From NCBI GenBank assembly GCA_905178155.1, contig CAJINV010000009.1, positions 789,349 through 853,348 of the forward strand: DNA of 64,000 bases. The letters are read 5' to 3'. Of this stretch, positions 24,425 to 34,700 are shown in pieces; the stretch's first letter is position 1, and each line of letters starts with the position of its first letter. Below the pieces are notes generated by a model. That model was not told the origin of the DNA, did no database searches, and saw only the letters and a list, made by a program, of their open reading frames with translations. The stretch comes from Amoebophrya sp. A120 (Eukaryota > Protista > Dinoflagellata). The position numbers were made by a program, and so were the translations under genes.

Positions 24425-26779
24425 ATGCAGTCCCTCGAGGTTTATCAACTGTAAAAATGTCTGGGTCTGGAAGATTCTGACACTTGTCATGCACGTTTTG
24501 CATGAGCCACCATGTCTGTGATGCATACCCTAGCGATACAGATTTTTTGAGGGCTTCTTGATGCCTATTCCGCATGGGAAATGCCTTCTCAGCGTAGCAA
24601 AAATTGCATTCCCTTTGCTACTCACGCAATACAGATTTTTTTGGAGTCCAAATGCAGCATCACAAGTTGCATTCTTCCAGACCCAGACATTTTTGCATTT
24701 GATGAGGTTGAGGTCGAGCTCGACGAGTTGGATCTACCGCGGCATGGGGATGAACGGTACGGGGTGGATGACGGTGCTCTATTTCGGCACGAATCGTCCG
24801 AGAGAGTTGTAGTCCCCTCACCGCTTGCCAACCACGGCGCCTCGTCCTCCTGCAGCTCTCGCTACAGCACGATCGAGCTCTTGTGCCAGAACGCCGGTTT
24901 TGACAGCTACTACGCCTTCTTCCGGCGGTTGTTTCTGCATTCTGTGCTCTTTTTCGCAATCGCCATCATCGCCATTCCCTTTCTGGTGATGGACCACCAC
25001 TCGTGCGCAACAACGGGCTACCTGGGGGTCATCAGCCACCTGTTTTTCCTGTTGCTGCTCTACGGATCGATTCTGGAGGAGCTGCGTTGCGCGTGCAGGT
25101 TCTTCGACCCAACGGAAGATGGTGGCAGCAGATCAAGCAGTCCGAGCGGCGGTTCGTTTTCCGGATTTTTCTCCATTTTGTCTACAGCAGTAAGCCCGGG
25201 CGGCGGTGGTTCGGCTTACGATTACTTGGAACAGTTAAAGGAATACACGAAGGACTACGATGAACAGGTTGAAGAAGCCACTGTCAGGAATTTCGGAACT
25301 ACATCTTCAACCACGTTTGTTCGCGGTGGGCCGGCAGCACCTACGTCATCAGCACAAATGCTGGAACAAACCTCGTCTGCGTTTTCGTTTGCAACGTCAA
25401 GCACTAGCCGCTTCGAAAACAAAAGCAAGACATCAAACTCTTCAACTGCCGAACTGGAGATCGACACTAGCACCGGCGCGAACAAAAGCAGCACTGCCTC
25501 CGCTGCAACCAGTTTAGCCACGATGATTGGCAGCGCCACCCGGTGGAAAGAATCACCAAAAGCGGCAGATGTGTTGGAGCACGAACTAAGTGGAGGAGCG
25601 GCAGACGCTAGGAACGCGGCGCCACAAGGAAGCGGAAAAATGACCAAATCTTCAGCTGCGTCCTCAAGAGGCGACGTTGTCGTGGTCGAGTTGCGACCAG
25701 ACCAAGAAAGCGGAGCAGCTGTATCAACTTTTGTTCCTTCGCAGTCGTCGCCCCCACCGAAGAGAACAACGAGCGGCAATCTGTGGACGAGCTTTTCGAA
25801 TGCGGTTTTGCAGCCAATCACCAACACCCTGACCATCACGTTCATTCGGTGTCACTACATCACCCAGTTCTGCAGGACTTGCTGCGATTACTTTTTTTTC
25901 GAGGAGCTGTTGCACTTCTTCAAGAAGAACGAGAACGCGATCCTGGTTTTGAAGCAAATGACGTGGCGATTGGACATGTATTGCGACATTTTGTTCGTGC
26001 TCATCGCCAGAAATTGCGGCTCTTACCTCTGGTGGGCGAGTTTGGCGATTTTCGTCTTCGTGAACTTCTTGCTGCAATTCGTCCTGCAGATTTTGTTCTT
26101 CGCCTGCACCGACTGCGACCAGCAACTGCCAAAGTCGACCGGCTTTTTCTGGCTTGACTTCGTCGTCGTCAATAAGGCGGTCCTGGTGCAGTTGCGCAAG
26201 ACGGAGATCATGGTCGCTCGGCAGGAGAATTTGGGGAGCGATAGCCAACCACAAACGATGCAAATAATCGCTGCGGGAAGTTCAGGTGGAAACGAAATAG
26301 TAGCTCCATTAGGACTTGTGCAATCGTCATCTTCGTCTCCGAGCAGCCTCAGCTTCGTCGATAGTTCCAAGAGCACGAATCTGCTCAGTTGGGTCCAGTA
26401 CGCCATCATGATAGAAAAGTGTTTTCTGTCAGATCTGATTCAGATTTTGATTCAAACAAATTTCCTGCTTGACCTCTCTACCCCAAACAATAGCCTTGTG
26501 TACTGCAGTGTGCTGTTTAGCTTTGTGAACTTTTTGCTGAACTTTTGTCAAATAGTAACGGGGGTGATATGGTTTTACCGGAGGCAAAGAATAGCCGAAG
26601 AACGTATGAAGTCACACCTTGAGGCAATAAAACATGATGAAGAAGCGATAATATCGAGTAGCCTAGGTGGAGCTTCAGCTACAGGAGGGGGATCCAGCAC
26701 TGGTGGCACGCTTACAGCAACCGGGTCCACTTCCGCTTCAACTACTCAAAATGAATTGATACCGACAGGGAGAGTTTGA
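24425..26779 (+). CDS. Multi-pass membrane protein of unknown function; exons 24425-24442, 24710-26779
   Basis: ATG CAG TCC CTC GAG GTT joins ORF 24581 after removal of element 24443-24704 (MQSLEV|EVELDELDLP); several hydrophobic helices; RLDMYCDILF and SDLIQILIQ loosely recall XK-like membrane proteins (weak). Confidence 0.7.
24443..24704. mobile_element. Introner-like intron, family C (262 bp)
   Basis: TIR TATCAACTGTAAAAATGTCTGGGTCTGGAAGA ... TCTTCCAGACCCAGACATTTTTGCATTTGATG; direct repeat AGGTT 24438-24442/24705-24709; the 267-nt removal is in frame and can also be read as GT(24440)-AG(24706). Confidence 0.9.
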
Positions 26780-27205
26780 TTCGCATGGATCATTGTGCCA
26801 ACGGACTTCGATTTGCGCCACTGCATCAGCATCCAAGACGATGGGGCAAACCAAGAATCTAGTGATTGACCCAATTTCTAAAATCGAGAAAACATGTTCA
26901 GACTCTGTTTTTTGCAACTGCAACGACGATTAGTAGGGCGACGTTTGTTGTATTAGGTTACTGTGGTCGTTTGCGTTCTTACTTGAGAGAGTTGGACATC
27001 AAATCATGAATTGCATCTATTGATGCTGATCATTTAACAGTTGGAGATGACGAGAGTTTTGCTTTTGCAAGGTAGCAGTAGCACCACCACCAATAAAGCA
27101 CATCTTTTTTTCGTTGTTTGCCAAGCGCGGCAAATAAGAACGAAAAAGAAAAGGCTAAAGAAGTCGACGCCAGCATTCTGTTGAGCTTTTTTCGAGTGCA
27201 AAAGA

Positions 27206-29476
27206 ATGTCTGCCACAGGAGACGGTGAGTCCGCTGCGGGTGTTGAGGAACCTGCGACGCAACCCGGCGCTGTAACAGAGCCACAACAGCCGCGGCGCCC
27301 ATCTCTTGCGAGGATCGCAAGGTCCCAAACCCAGCAGGAACTCTTCACAGCGGAAAGCACGAACAACGCGCTCTTGGAGCAGATGAACACAAAAAATCCA
27401 GCGGTCTATCACCTCAACACAGGCGATGACGAGCCGCTCGACGTGGATCTCGATTTGTCCTTCGACGTTTTTCAGTTTGCCAAGACGTTCCTCTACGAGT
27501 CTTTGCCGACTTATGTGAACCTCCTCGCCATTGTTCCGGTTGAAAGGTTCATCGAGAAAAAGTCCTTTCCGGAAATCTACAATTTTTGCTGGAGTCGGAT
27601 CTACATCTTCACCATTAGCAACGACGCTGCGTTCCCCTTTGCTACCCAGGTCTTGCTGGTGACCGCGCCGAATACCTTGCTGATTGTGGCGATCTGCCTC
27701 TGGGCCTTCGATGTTGACAACGTGCGGGCGGTCCTAGACTTGTCCGAAATCCTCACGTGGATCGTTGCAGTCTTGATGCGCAACTGCGTCGTGGCCATCA
27801 AATACGGCTTCTTGGAAAAGCAGGAGATCCTCGATCAATATGGTGGCAACTATAACGCTGCGCACAGGGTCCCGCGGAAGATTTTTTTGGGCGGTTGGGC
27901 GACGCCCAACGAGTTTGACAAGAAAATCATGCTAGAAGAAATGCAGACTGCCATGGCGCTATGCGATTGCGATCTGAACCTGGCACCTCTAAGAGTGAAG
28001 CCTGATGCGGGGGCAAGAGAAATCGGGAAGTGCTTGCAAAAAATGCTGCATCAAGAGAATGGGAAGGAGCTGCAGCAGGGTGCCGAGGTATATAGCTCAC
28101 AAGTACACGATTTTCACGACGGGCCGAAGCCGAACGCTGAGGACGAGGCTGCAACAAATTCAAATAAAGATAAACCTTCAGCTGATGGTGGAAAACGACA
28201 CAGCAACGGCGAGCACGCGTACGCGACCAAATTAACGCCTCCCGTGACTGCATTAGATTTCCTGTACTTGGTCACAACGCAGACCATCGCTTCGCCTCTA
28301 CCGGGGCACCGACGCGCCTTCATGCTTCTCGGTATCGTCGCCGTCTTTATCCCCCCGGTAATTCGCAGTTTCGGCCCAGGCGACCTTCCTGCTTTCGGTG
28401 ACACGGCGGCGTCGAAGCTCGCAGTGGCGTGCTGCGTATTCTCGCCCGGTTTCTACGTCGCGCTCATGGCCGGTTTCGCGCAAGTGGCCATATGGACCTA
28501 CCAACGCCGCGCGAGGGCATTCGAGATGCTCGACCGCTTGTGTGCCGAAGGAGTCGGAATTTCTGAGTTGGTGCCGGCAGGCGTTCTGGCCTCGGTCAGC
28601 GAGGGCAAAAAGAGCGGCGACCCCTACGCTGCTTTAAGTGAACTCTCACCATCGACGCAGCAGAACAAATCGACGAACACATCCTCGACCACACAGCAGC
28701 TGCGAACGCAGAAAACAAAAGCCCTTGTCTCTGTCCACAAAAAGAACAACGACGTCACTAGTGAATCTCCCGCTATGCGTGTCGTATTCGACCTTGCGGA
28801 TTCTGAAACCGTCGTATCCTTGCTTCTCCTCCGCCGGTGCCTGCGGAAGATAGGCAGCCGATACAACAGTCGCATGGACGGGTTCTCCATGGCCTTTTTC
28901 GGCACGGGAATAATTTTCGTCGGGACGTTGTGTTTGTTCTTCCTGACCCCCGCATCTGTCATCGCCAGTTCCGACAGCGTCACGGGCGCCTCTAAGGAAA
29001 TTACCCCCATGAACCACCGCATGGCTACGGATATTCTCCTCTTGTCCATCACCATATACATCAGCGTCACACTCGCCATGCTACTGTTGGTTGCCGCGAA
29101 GTGCAACGAGGCGCCGCGGTTCAAGATGGCGCTGCAGCGTGCCGCGCTCACCTCCTGTGCGGAGTTGGTCGACGAGGCGGAAGCCAGTGCGAGGGAAGTT
29201 GAAGCTACTAGAGGCAAAAGCGCCGCAACTTGGCAGCGGTTGCTCGCACACAAGGAGCTGTTACAGATGGCGGATACGCAAGTGGGATACGAGGAAGAAG
29301 TGGTGGACCCCGTTCGAGTGTTGGGCGTTCCCGCGTCCTTCGTCACCGTCGGGGCCACCATTAGTGCAATTTTCACGGGATTGTTCATCGCTCTGCAGGG
29401 CTGGCTCACGCAAAGCGGCGCGGGCTGGTCCTATTCAAATGTAGACGGTGTTTGGAGGCCACCTAGTGACACGTAG
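27206..29476 (+). CDS. Multi-pass membrane protein of unknown function (756 aa, intronless)
   Basis: Long uninterrupted ORF with roughly 8 hydrophobic segments; no family recognised. Confidence 0.8.
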   Translation: MSATGDGESAAGVEEPATQPGAVTEPQQPRRPSLARIARSQTQQELFTAESTNNALLEQMNTKNPAVYHLNTGDDEPLDVDLDLSFDVFQFAKTFLYESLPTYVNLLAIVPVERFIEKKSFPEIYNFCWSRIYIFTISNDAAFPFATQVLLVTAPNTLLIVAICLWAFDVDNVRAVLDLSEILTWIVAVLMRNCVVAIKYGFLEKQEILDQYGGNYNAAHRVPRKIFLGGWATPNEFDKKIMLEEMQTAMALCDCDLNLAPLRVKPDAGAREIGKCLQKMLHQENGKELQQGAEVYSSQVHDFHDGPKPNAEDEAATNSNKDKPSADGGKRHSNGEHAYATKLTPPVTALDFLYLVTTQTIASPLPGHRRAFMLLGIVAVFIPPVIRSFGPGDLPAFGDTAASKLAVACCVFSPGFYVALMAGFAQVAIWTYQRRARAFEMLDRLCAEGVGISELVPAGVLASVSEGKKSGDPYAALSELSPSTQQNKSTNTSSTTQQLRTQKTKALVSVHKKNNDVTSESPAMRVVFDLADSETVVSLLLLRRCLRKIGSRYNSRMDGFSMAFFGTGIIFVGTLCLFFLTPASVIASSDSVTGASKEITPMNHRMATDILLLSITIYISVTLAMLLLVAAKCNEAPRFKMALQRAALTSCAELVDEAEASAREVEATRGKSAATWQRLLAHKELLQMADTQVGYEEEVVDPVRVLGVPASFVTVGATISAIFTGLFIALQGWLTQSGAGWSYSNVDGVWRPPSDT

Positions 29477-29989
29477 GAAGCTTCCAAATGTCGATCGTGT
29501 ACAACGCGAATAAGCAGCACTACCACTAATTACATAGAAGCATAAAATCATCGACCCTGCTGAGTTTCCAAGAAGAAGTTTGATTGTTTCTGACGAAGGC
29601 ATACCATGTTGATACTTGTAGCTAGCGCGCTCGATGTTCTTCATGAATAGTCGTCTTGGAGCAGCAAGGCGTTGAAGTTGTGATCCACAAGAACAGCAGA
29701 TCTGTTGTTGACGGTCTCGACGTCCCATTAGTTCGTGATCAAGGTTGTGGCCATTGTACCGTTCTCTTGCAAGCGTTCTTGGTTCTTATCGAAAGCGTTG
29801 GTTGATTTCTCAGGCGCAAGGGATAGAGTAGTATCTTCGTCGTGCCTAGCAACTTGAAATTGTGCGGCGTTCTTCCGATCATCAGCGCATCCTCGTTCCT
29901 TGTGTCCAGTTGTATTCGATCCATACATTGTGAAAATCGTGGGTAACGATAAACCCTGGTGCGCGGTTTCAGCTTGGTTCAGTCGAAAC

Positions 29990-30910
29990 ATGCCTGCTGT
30001 CGTCAACAATCTCGTGCGCGCAGCTGCGGTGGGCAGCAGCGGTATTCTGCCATCCACGCTGGTGACGAAAATTTCTCCCATTGAGCCGCCGCTAGGAAAT
30101 TTGTTGCAAGCTTCCAGGGACGCCGAAGCCCCGCTGGTGGGGCCCCTGTCGTACGGTTACGATGACAAGAATCTGCTGAAACTGGAAACGCCCTACCCAT
30201 CTTCCTCGCTGAGAGAAAGCAGCAATTTCCTGTCTCCTCGTAGAGATCACGGCGGGGTGGAAGTTGTTGTAGATCACACTACAACTAGTGCGTCTAGGTC
30301 TAACCAGCTCGACGTGCTTGAGCAGAACACGTCGACCGTGACCGAATTGCTGCAAGACATCAAAGGTGCAGAGCAAAAGGCGGTCCTCCTGACCGAAGCT
30401 GACCCTTGCTGTCTGGACTGCACCAACAACAAGTCCAAATACTACTCGATCGACCACTTGCACGTGATGTGCGGCGAAACCTGCATGATGGACTGGCAGT
30501 ACCCGATTTTCAAGCTGTTTGAGCCGGGTCTGACCAAGGCGCACGCGGTGGACGAAACGATTTGCAAGGAAAAGGGGTATTCGACCTACAAAGAAACTGT
30601 GACGCACGGGTTCGGGCCGATCAAGTCGACCTTGGACCTTTACGCGCCGGATCCGGCCGGTAGTGGTGGACTGCTGGCTGCCTCGTCTTCGGAAATGGAC
30701 GATAAGGCAGGCACAAATTCTAGCGTGGCTACTTCTACTGCGACCTCCGCTTCCAGTGCCCGCTCGAGCACGAGCACCGATCATAAGAGTGAAGACGAGC
30801 GGATGAAGGTCGAGGATGGTTCATCGAGCACGGCGGTGGTGGATGGAGCGTTGCGGTTGCCGGTATCGGAACCTGAGCGAGTTGGACCAGCAGCGGATCT
30901 GATGGCGTAG
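29990..30910 (+). CDS. Protein with a compact Cys-rich domain (CCxxC...KYYSID...CGETCM...FEPGL...C...GY..Y.ETVTHG...LDLY)
   Basis: First ATG of ORF 29900..30910 is at 29990; an ~80-aa globular-looking Cys/Tyr-rich segment sits in low-complexity flanks; start uncertain. Confidence 0.65.
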   Translation: MPAVVNNLVRAAAVGSSGILPSTLVTKISPIEPPLGNLLQASRDAEAPLVGPLSYGYDDKNLLKLETPYPSSSLRESSNFLSPRRDHGGVEVVVDHTTTSASRSNQLDVLEQNTSTVTELLQDIKGAEQKAVLLTEADPCCLDCTNNKSKYYSIDHLHVMCGETCMMDWQYPIFKLFEPGLTKAHAVDETICKEKGYSTYKETVTHGFGPIKSTLDLYAPDPAGSGGLLAASSSEMDDKAGTNSSVATSTATSASSARSSTSTDHKSEDERMKVEDGSSSTAVVDGALRLPVSEPERVGPAADLMA

Positions 30911-31703
30911 CCACGTTGGCGTTCTTAGCGAGGATGTCGCAACCACAAGACAAGGAAAACTACAGTGGAGGACGCCCGATATCCACCATGTGCTGTGTAA
31001 TCATAAAAAAAACACACATCGCTCTAATCGAACTCACGACCACCTCCGCGACCACCACTTCCAAAACATAGACGAATGTAAAGTAGTAAAGCCAGCATAA
31101 CAAGCGGTAGAAACTAACTTTCCTTCTACTGGCAAGAAATCCCTCGCTTTTCATCAATTTTCATCGTGTGCAGCTTACATTGCAGAGCAGGAGGTGGACG
31201 CCGCCGTATTATAATTGCAAGGAAATGCAGAACCTCGTCAACAACCACGAGAATATACTGAATACCACAACCAAGCTCCTTCTTCTGAAAATAATTTTGC
31301 TGATCACCAAGTAGATGAATTTGAATTTATGCAGTTGCGGCAGTTGTACTCCTGAGGCTGTTGCTAGCACGCAGTAGTCGTAGTGTGTCATCGTCATTGG
31401 ATATTTCCACCTTCCTGTGTCGCTCGAGCACTATCGTTTTCATCATCGCATAGCTTCCAAAACTACGATGATCTTCGTTGGTCGGTCTTTATCCGAGAAG
31501 AAATCATGATCATCAATTTCACTCGTGATCAAAAGTCGGTGCTGCATAGAATTCCCCTTGATTTTTTGGATCACTAGTTCGCTACAAGATTTCTGTTTTT
31601 TTCTTCCCCAACATGTGAGTTAATAACGTTGCTTCTTGCGCCAGCACCTTCGCTTTCTTATCAGTTCTAGCGTTGTCGTTGTGGCGCTTCCAAGATTACC
31701 GAG

Positions 31704-34700
31704 ATGATGTCGTATCGGACGCGTCGCGCCTTTGTGTTTCTCATGCACAGTGTGGGGACTTTCTTTCCCTGGCACTTGCACTATGTACCGAATATGGCGA
31801 AGTACGAAGTCCGCGTGCCATCGTTCTTTGCTCACGCCCTCCCGCTTGTCTTTCCGCTGCTTGGCCAGCGGTGTTTTCCGGGGTTCCCTGGTGACCAGGA
31901 AAGGGCGGAGCAGTGGCACCGCTCCTACAACCTGATGGTGAACAAACTCGCGAATCTGCGAGGCGTGCTTGTGAATAAGGATCGGGATAAGAAGAGCAGC
32001 CAGGACACTGCGAGCGAAGAGCCCACTGCATCTCCGCGAAAACAGCGAAAGAAACTCGTTGACAGGCGAACCCAGGCAGCGTATTTGTTGTCACGCCGAA
32101 GTAACGAGGCAAAGGTCGCAAGAGAAAGGGCTAGCGTGGAACTTGACTCATCTTCCGACGACCCGGACCGCTTTGTAGGCTTCCGCTTCGACGAGAACAA
32201 AGCCAAAGAGACAACCACGGTGTATAATCTTGTTTGATTTGTTGACTGAGCTGCGGGCGTTTTGGCCACGTGACTCTCACTCTGTTCTCTCCGGCATAAG
32301 ATTCAGTCGTCGACCACCGACCACGCCATGTTAGAGTCAGTCTGTCTGTGTTCAGGTCATGATTTTGATTGCAGGTCTTAATAATAATATCGAACACGCA
32401 GTGAATTTTGAAAACGAACCATCTTTATCAGGACAAGCTGAACCACTACTCCCACGAAGCTACCTACGAGGATTTCGTCCTGAATTGGCAGAGGCAGGAG
32501 ACCGTGACCACCATGCTGGAAAACGGCAGATTTTACCACGCGCGGACCCAGGACCGCGTACAGGGCGTCACCCTTACCGAGGACATCGCAGCGGAAATCA
32601 CGACGCAAGCAGTAGCAGGACAATCACCTGTAGAAGCCGATAGAAAAGATGCGACGTCAAAAATATCAAAAGTTTCGACAACTTTGTTGCCGAGCAGCAT
32701 GAAAAAATCGGCTTTCCTACACGTCGAAGACGAGGAGGAGTGCAATCTGGCACTGATGTTCCAGGAGATCCTGACCGCGCACCAGAACGCCAGACGGTAC
32801 GAGGCGTACCCGCAAGCGGACCTGGTGTATTTCCTGCAGGCGTTCATGCGCCTGGGCCAGTCAGTCCTGCGCTACGTCTTCCGCTTCTGGGCGGACACGG
32901 GGTTCTCGTGGCGAGTGTTGCTCCTGGGCGGGCAGGGCTACGATCGACACTACTTTCTGGACAGCGACGCGGTAGCACGCGAGCGGCGGTTTTCCACGGA
33001 AATTCGGCGGAACAGCACGTGGGCAACTGTAAAGCACGCAACGCTGCAAAGATCTTCAGTAGAAGAACGGAGTCGCGGCCACGACGCGACAAGGGCCGTA
33101 CCAGCAAGGGGCGAAAATCATTCTAAAAAAAGCATAACCAACCTGATCGGCCAGGAGTTCCCGAACCGTCTCAAGGACAGTGCGTTGACCCGGGCGACCC
33201 GCTCGCTGTCCATTGCCGTCGCGGCCTCCAGGCCCCGGTACGTGAATCCCTATTCCACGACGGCGCAGTGGCCGGTCTTCACGGCGTTGTCAGAACTGAC
33301 CTCTGAGCTAGTCACCGCGCTGCGCTCGATTTTGCGGCAGCTGAAGGAGCGAGACCTACTTGGACAGGACTGCGAGACCAGTCTTCGTGTAGGCCACGGG
33401 GTCGGTTTGGACGGAAAGTATTTTGGCGCAACAGAAAGCCTTCGGGTGCAGTGCTGGGAAGTGCGGAAGCGAAAAGTTTTGGAGTATTTGTCGAGAGCGT
33501 CAAAACCTACCGCAGGCGACACTGTTGATGACGGCTTGGAGCGGCTCGCTGACATTGCGGACTACGCCCGAAGGAAGAAGGCCCAACTCGCAAAAGAAGC
33601 TGCGACTGCTGGTAGTAGTGATACTGCACGGCGAAACACCAACATAACAACTGCTGCGATCGATATAATTCCCAATGACTCGTCTGACGACGCCGACAGC
33701 CAGGAGGATAAGGAAGAACGCGCTCGACATGCGATAATTTTTCAGGAGCCCATGGCGAGCCTGCCTTCGATGGAGGAAGTGAAGGAGTGGACCCGTGCGC
33801 AATTCTTCAATACGACTTTTCTCGACTTTTCTGATAAGCGGAGTAGACCAAATAAGGCTGGAACAAACGCACCACCAGAAGCAAGTAAATCACCCACAAA
33901 GACCAAAAAGACTTCGTCGGCGGTACTGAGCGTGCACGATTTCCTGAATGATTTCTTCAATAAGACTCTGCAGGAGGCGGTCAGGGAGGAGATCCTGAAT
34001 CTGGGCGAACGCGTGCTGACGGAAGAGAGCACTGCCCTGGATTTGCAAGAGAAAGTGCTAAACGCAGGACCAGGAGGTGCCTTGAGATATGACTCCTACG
34101 ACCCCGTTTCGGCTACCCGCATTTTTCTACATGTTGTGAAGCAACAATCCTCTGCAGACGGGCCGGAGGAGAAAACGGAAAAACTGCAAAGCGAGAATTC
34201 GCTCGCAGCAAGACCTTCTCCTAGTAGTCATGCTGACGACCACGGGCACCAGCAAAATGCGCAAACAGAAAAAGAGGAGCAGAGGCCTCTCTACTACTAC
34301 CCTCTTGACACGATCCGACACCAAGAGTTCATTTTTCGCTACCGGCGGCCGCAAGTTGGGGAAGACGACGGGTTGGCTCATGTGTATGGTGCGGAGCGAG
34401 CGAAGAGAGAAGGGAAAAATCCGATGTACGTGCCGGACGAATTTCTACCTGGAGCAGCTGTGGGTGTTGGAAAACGTCGAAAAGAACCTTCTGCAGCTGC
34501 AAAGGAACCCGCAGCGGCTGGGTCGATGTCGGGCAGCATTGCAGTAGTTGGAGACGAGACGAGCAGTCCTAAAAGTCCACCAGATCAACTACCCCGGCGC
34601 AAGCTCGACCCGGTGTACGAGTTTCTGCGCCAGCCTCTTTCTGCAAAGACATTTTTGCACATTGACAACGTGCAGGCCATGTTCACGGATCTGGTCGAGG

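Noticed and set aside
3472-24831. Small ORFs sharing peptides such as MSGSGR.ELVM, KCKNVWVWK, LPDPDIF and FQTQTF (3472, 3746, 23250, 23558, 24622 etc.)
   Set aside because: These are translations of the family C terminal inverted repeats, not a protein family.
30906-30920. CGTAGCCACGTTGGC resembling the dinoflagellate spliced leader (CCGTAGCCATTTTGGCTCAAG)
   Set aside because: Partial match lacking the TCAAG end and overlapping a stop codon rather than a 5' UTR; probably chance.
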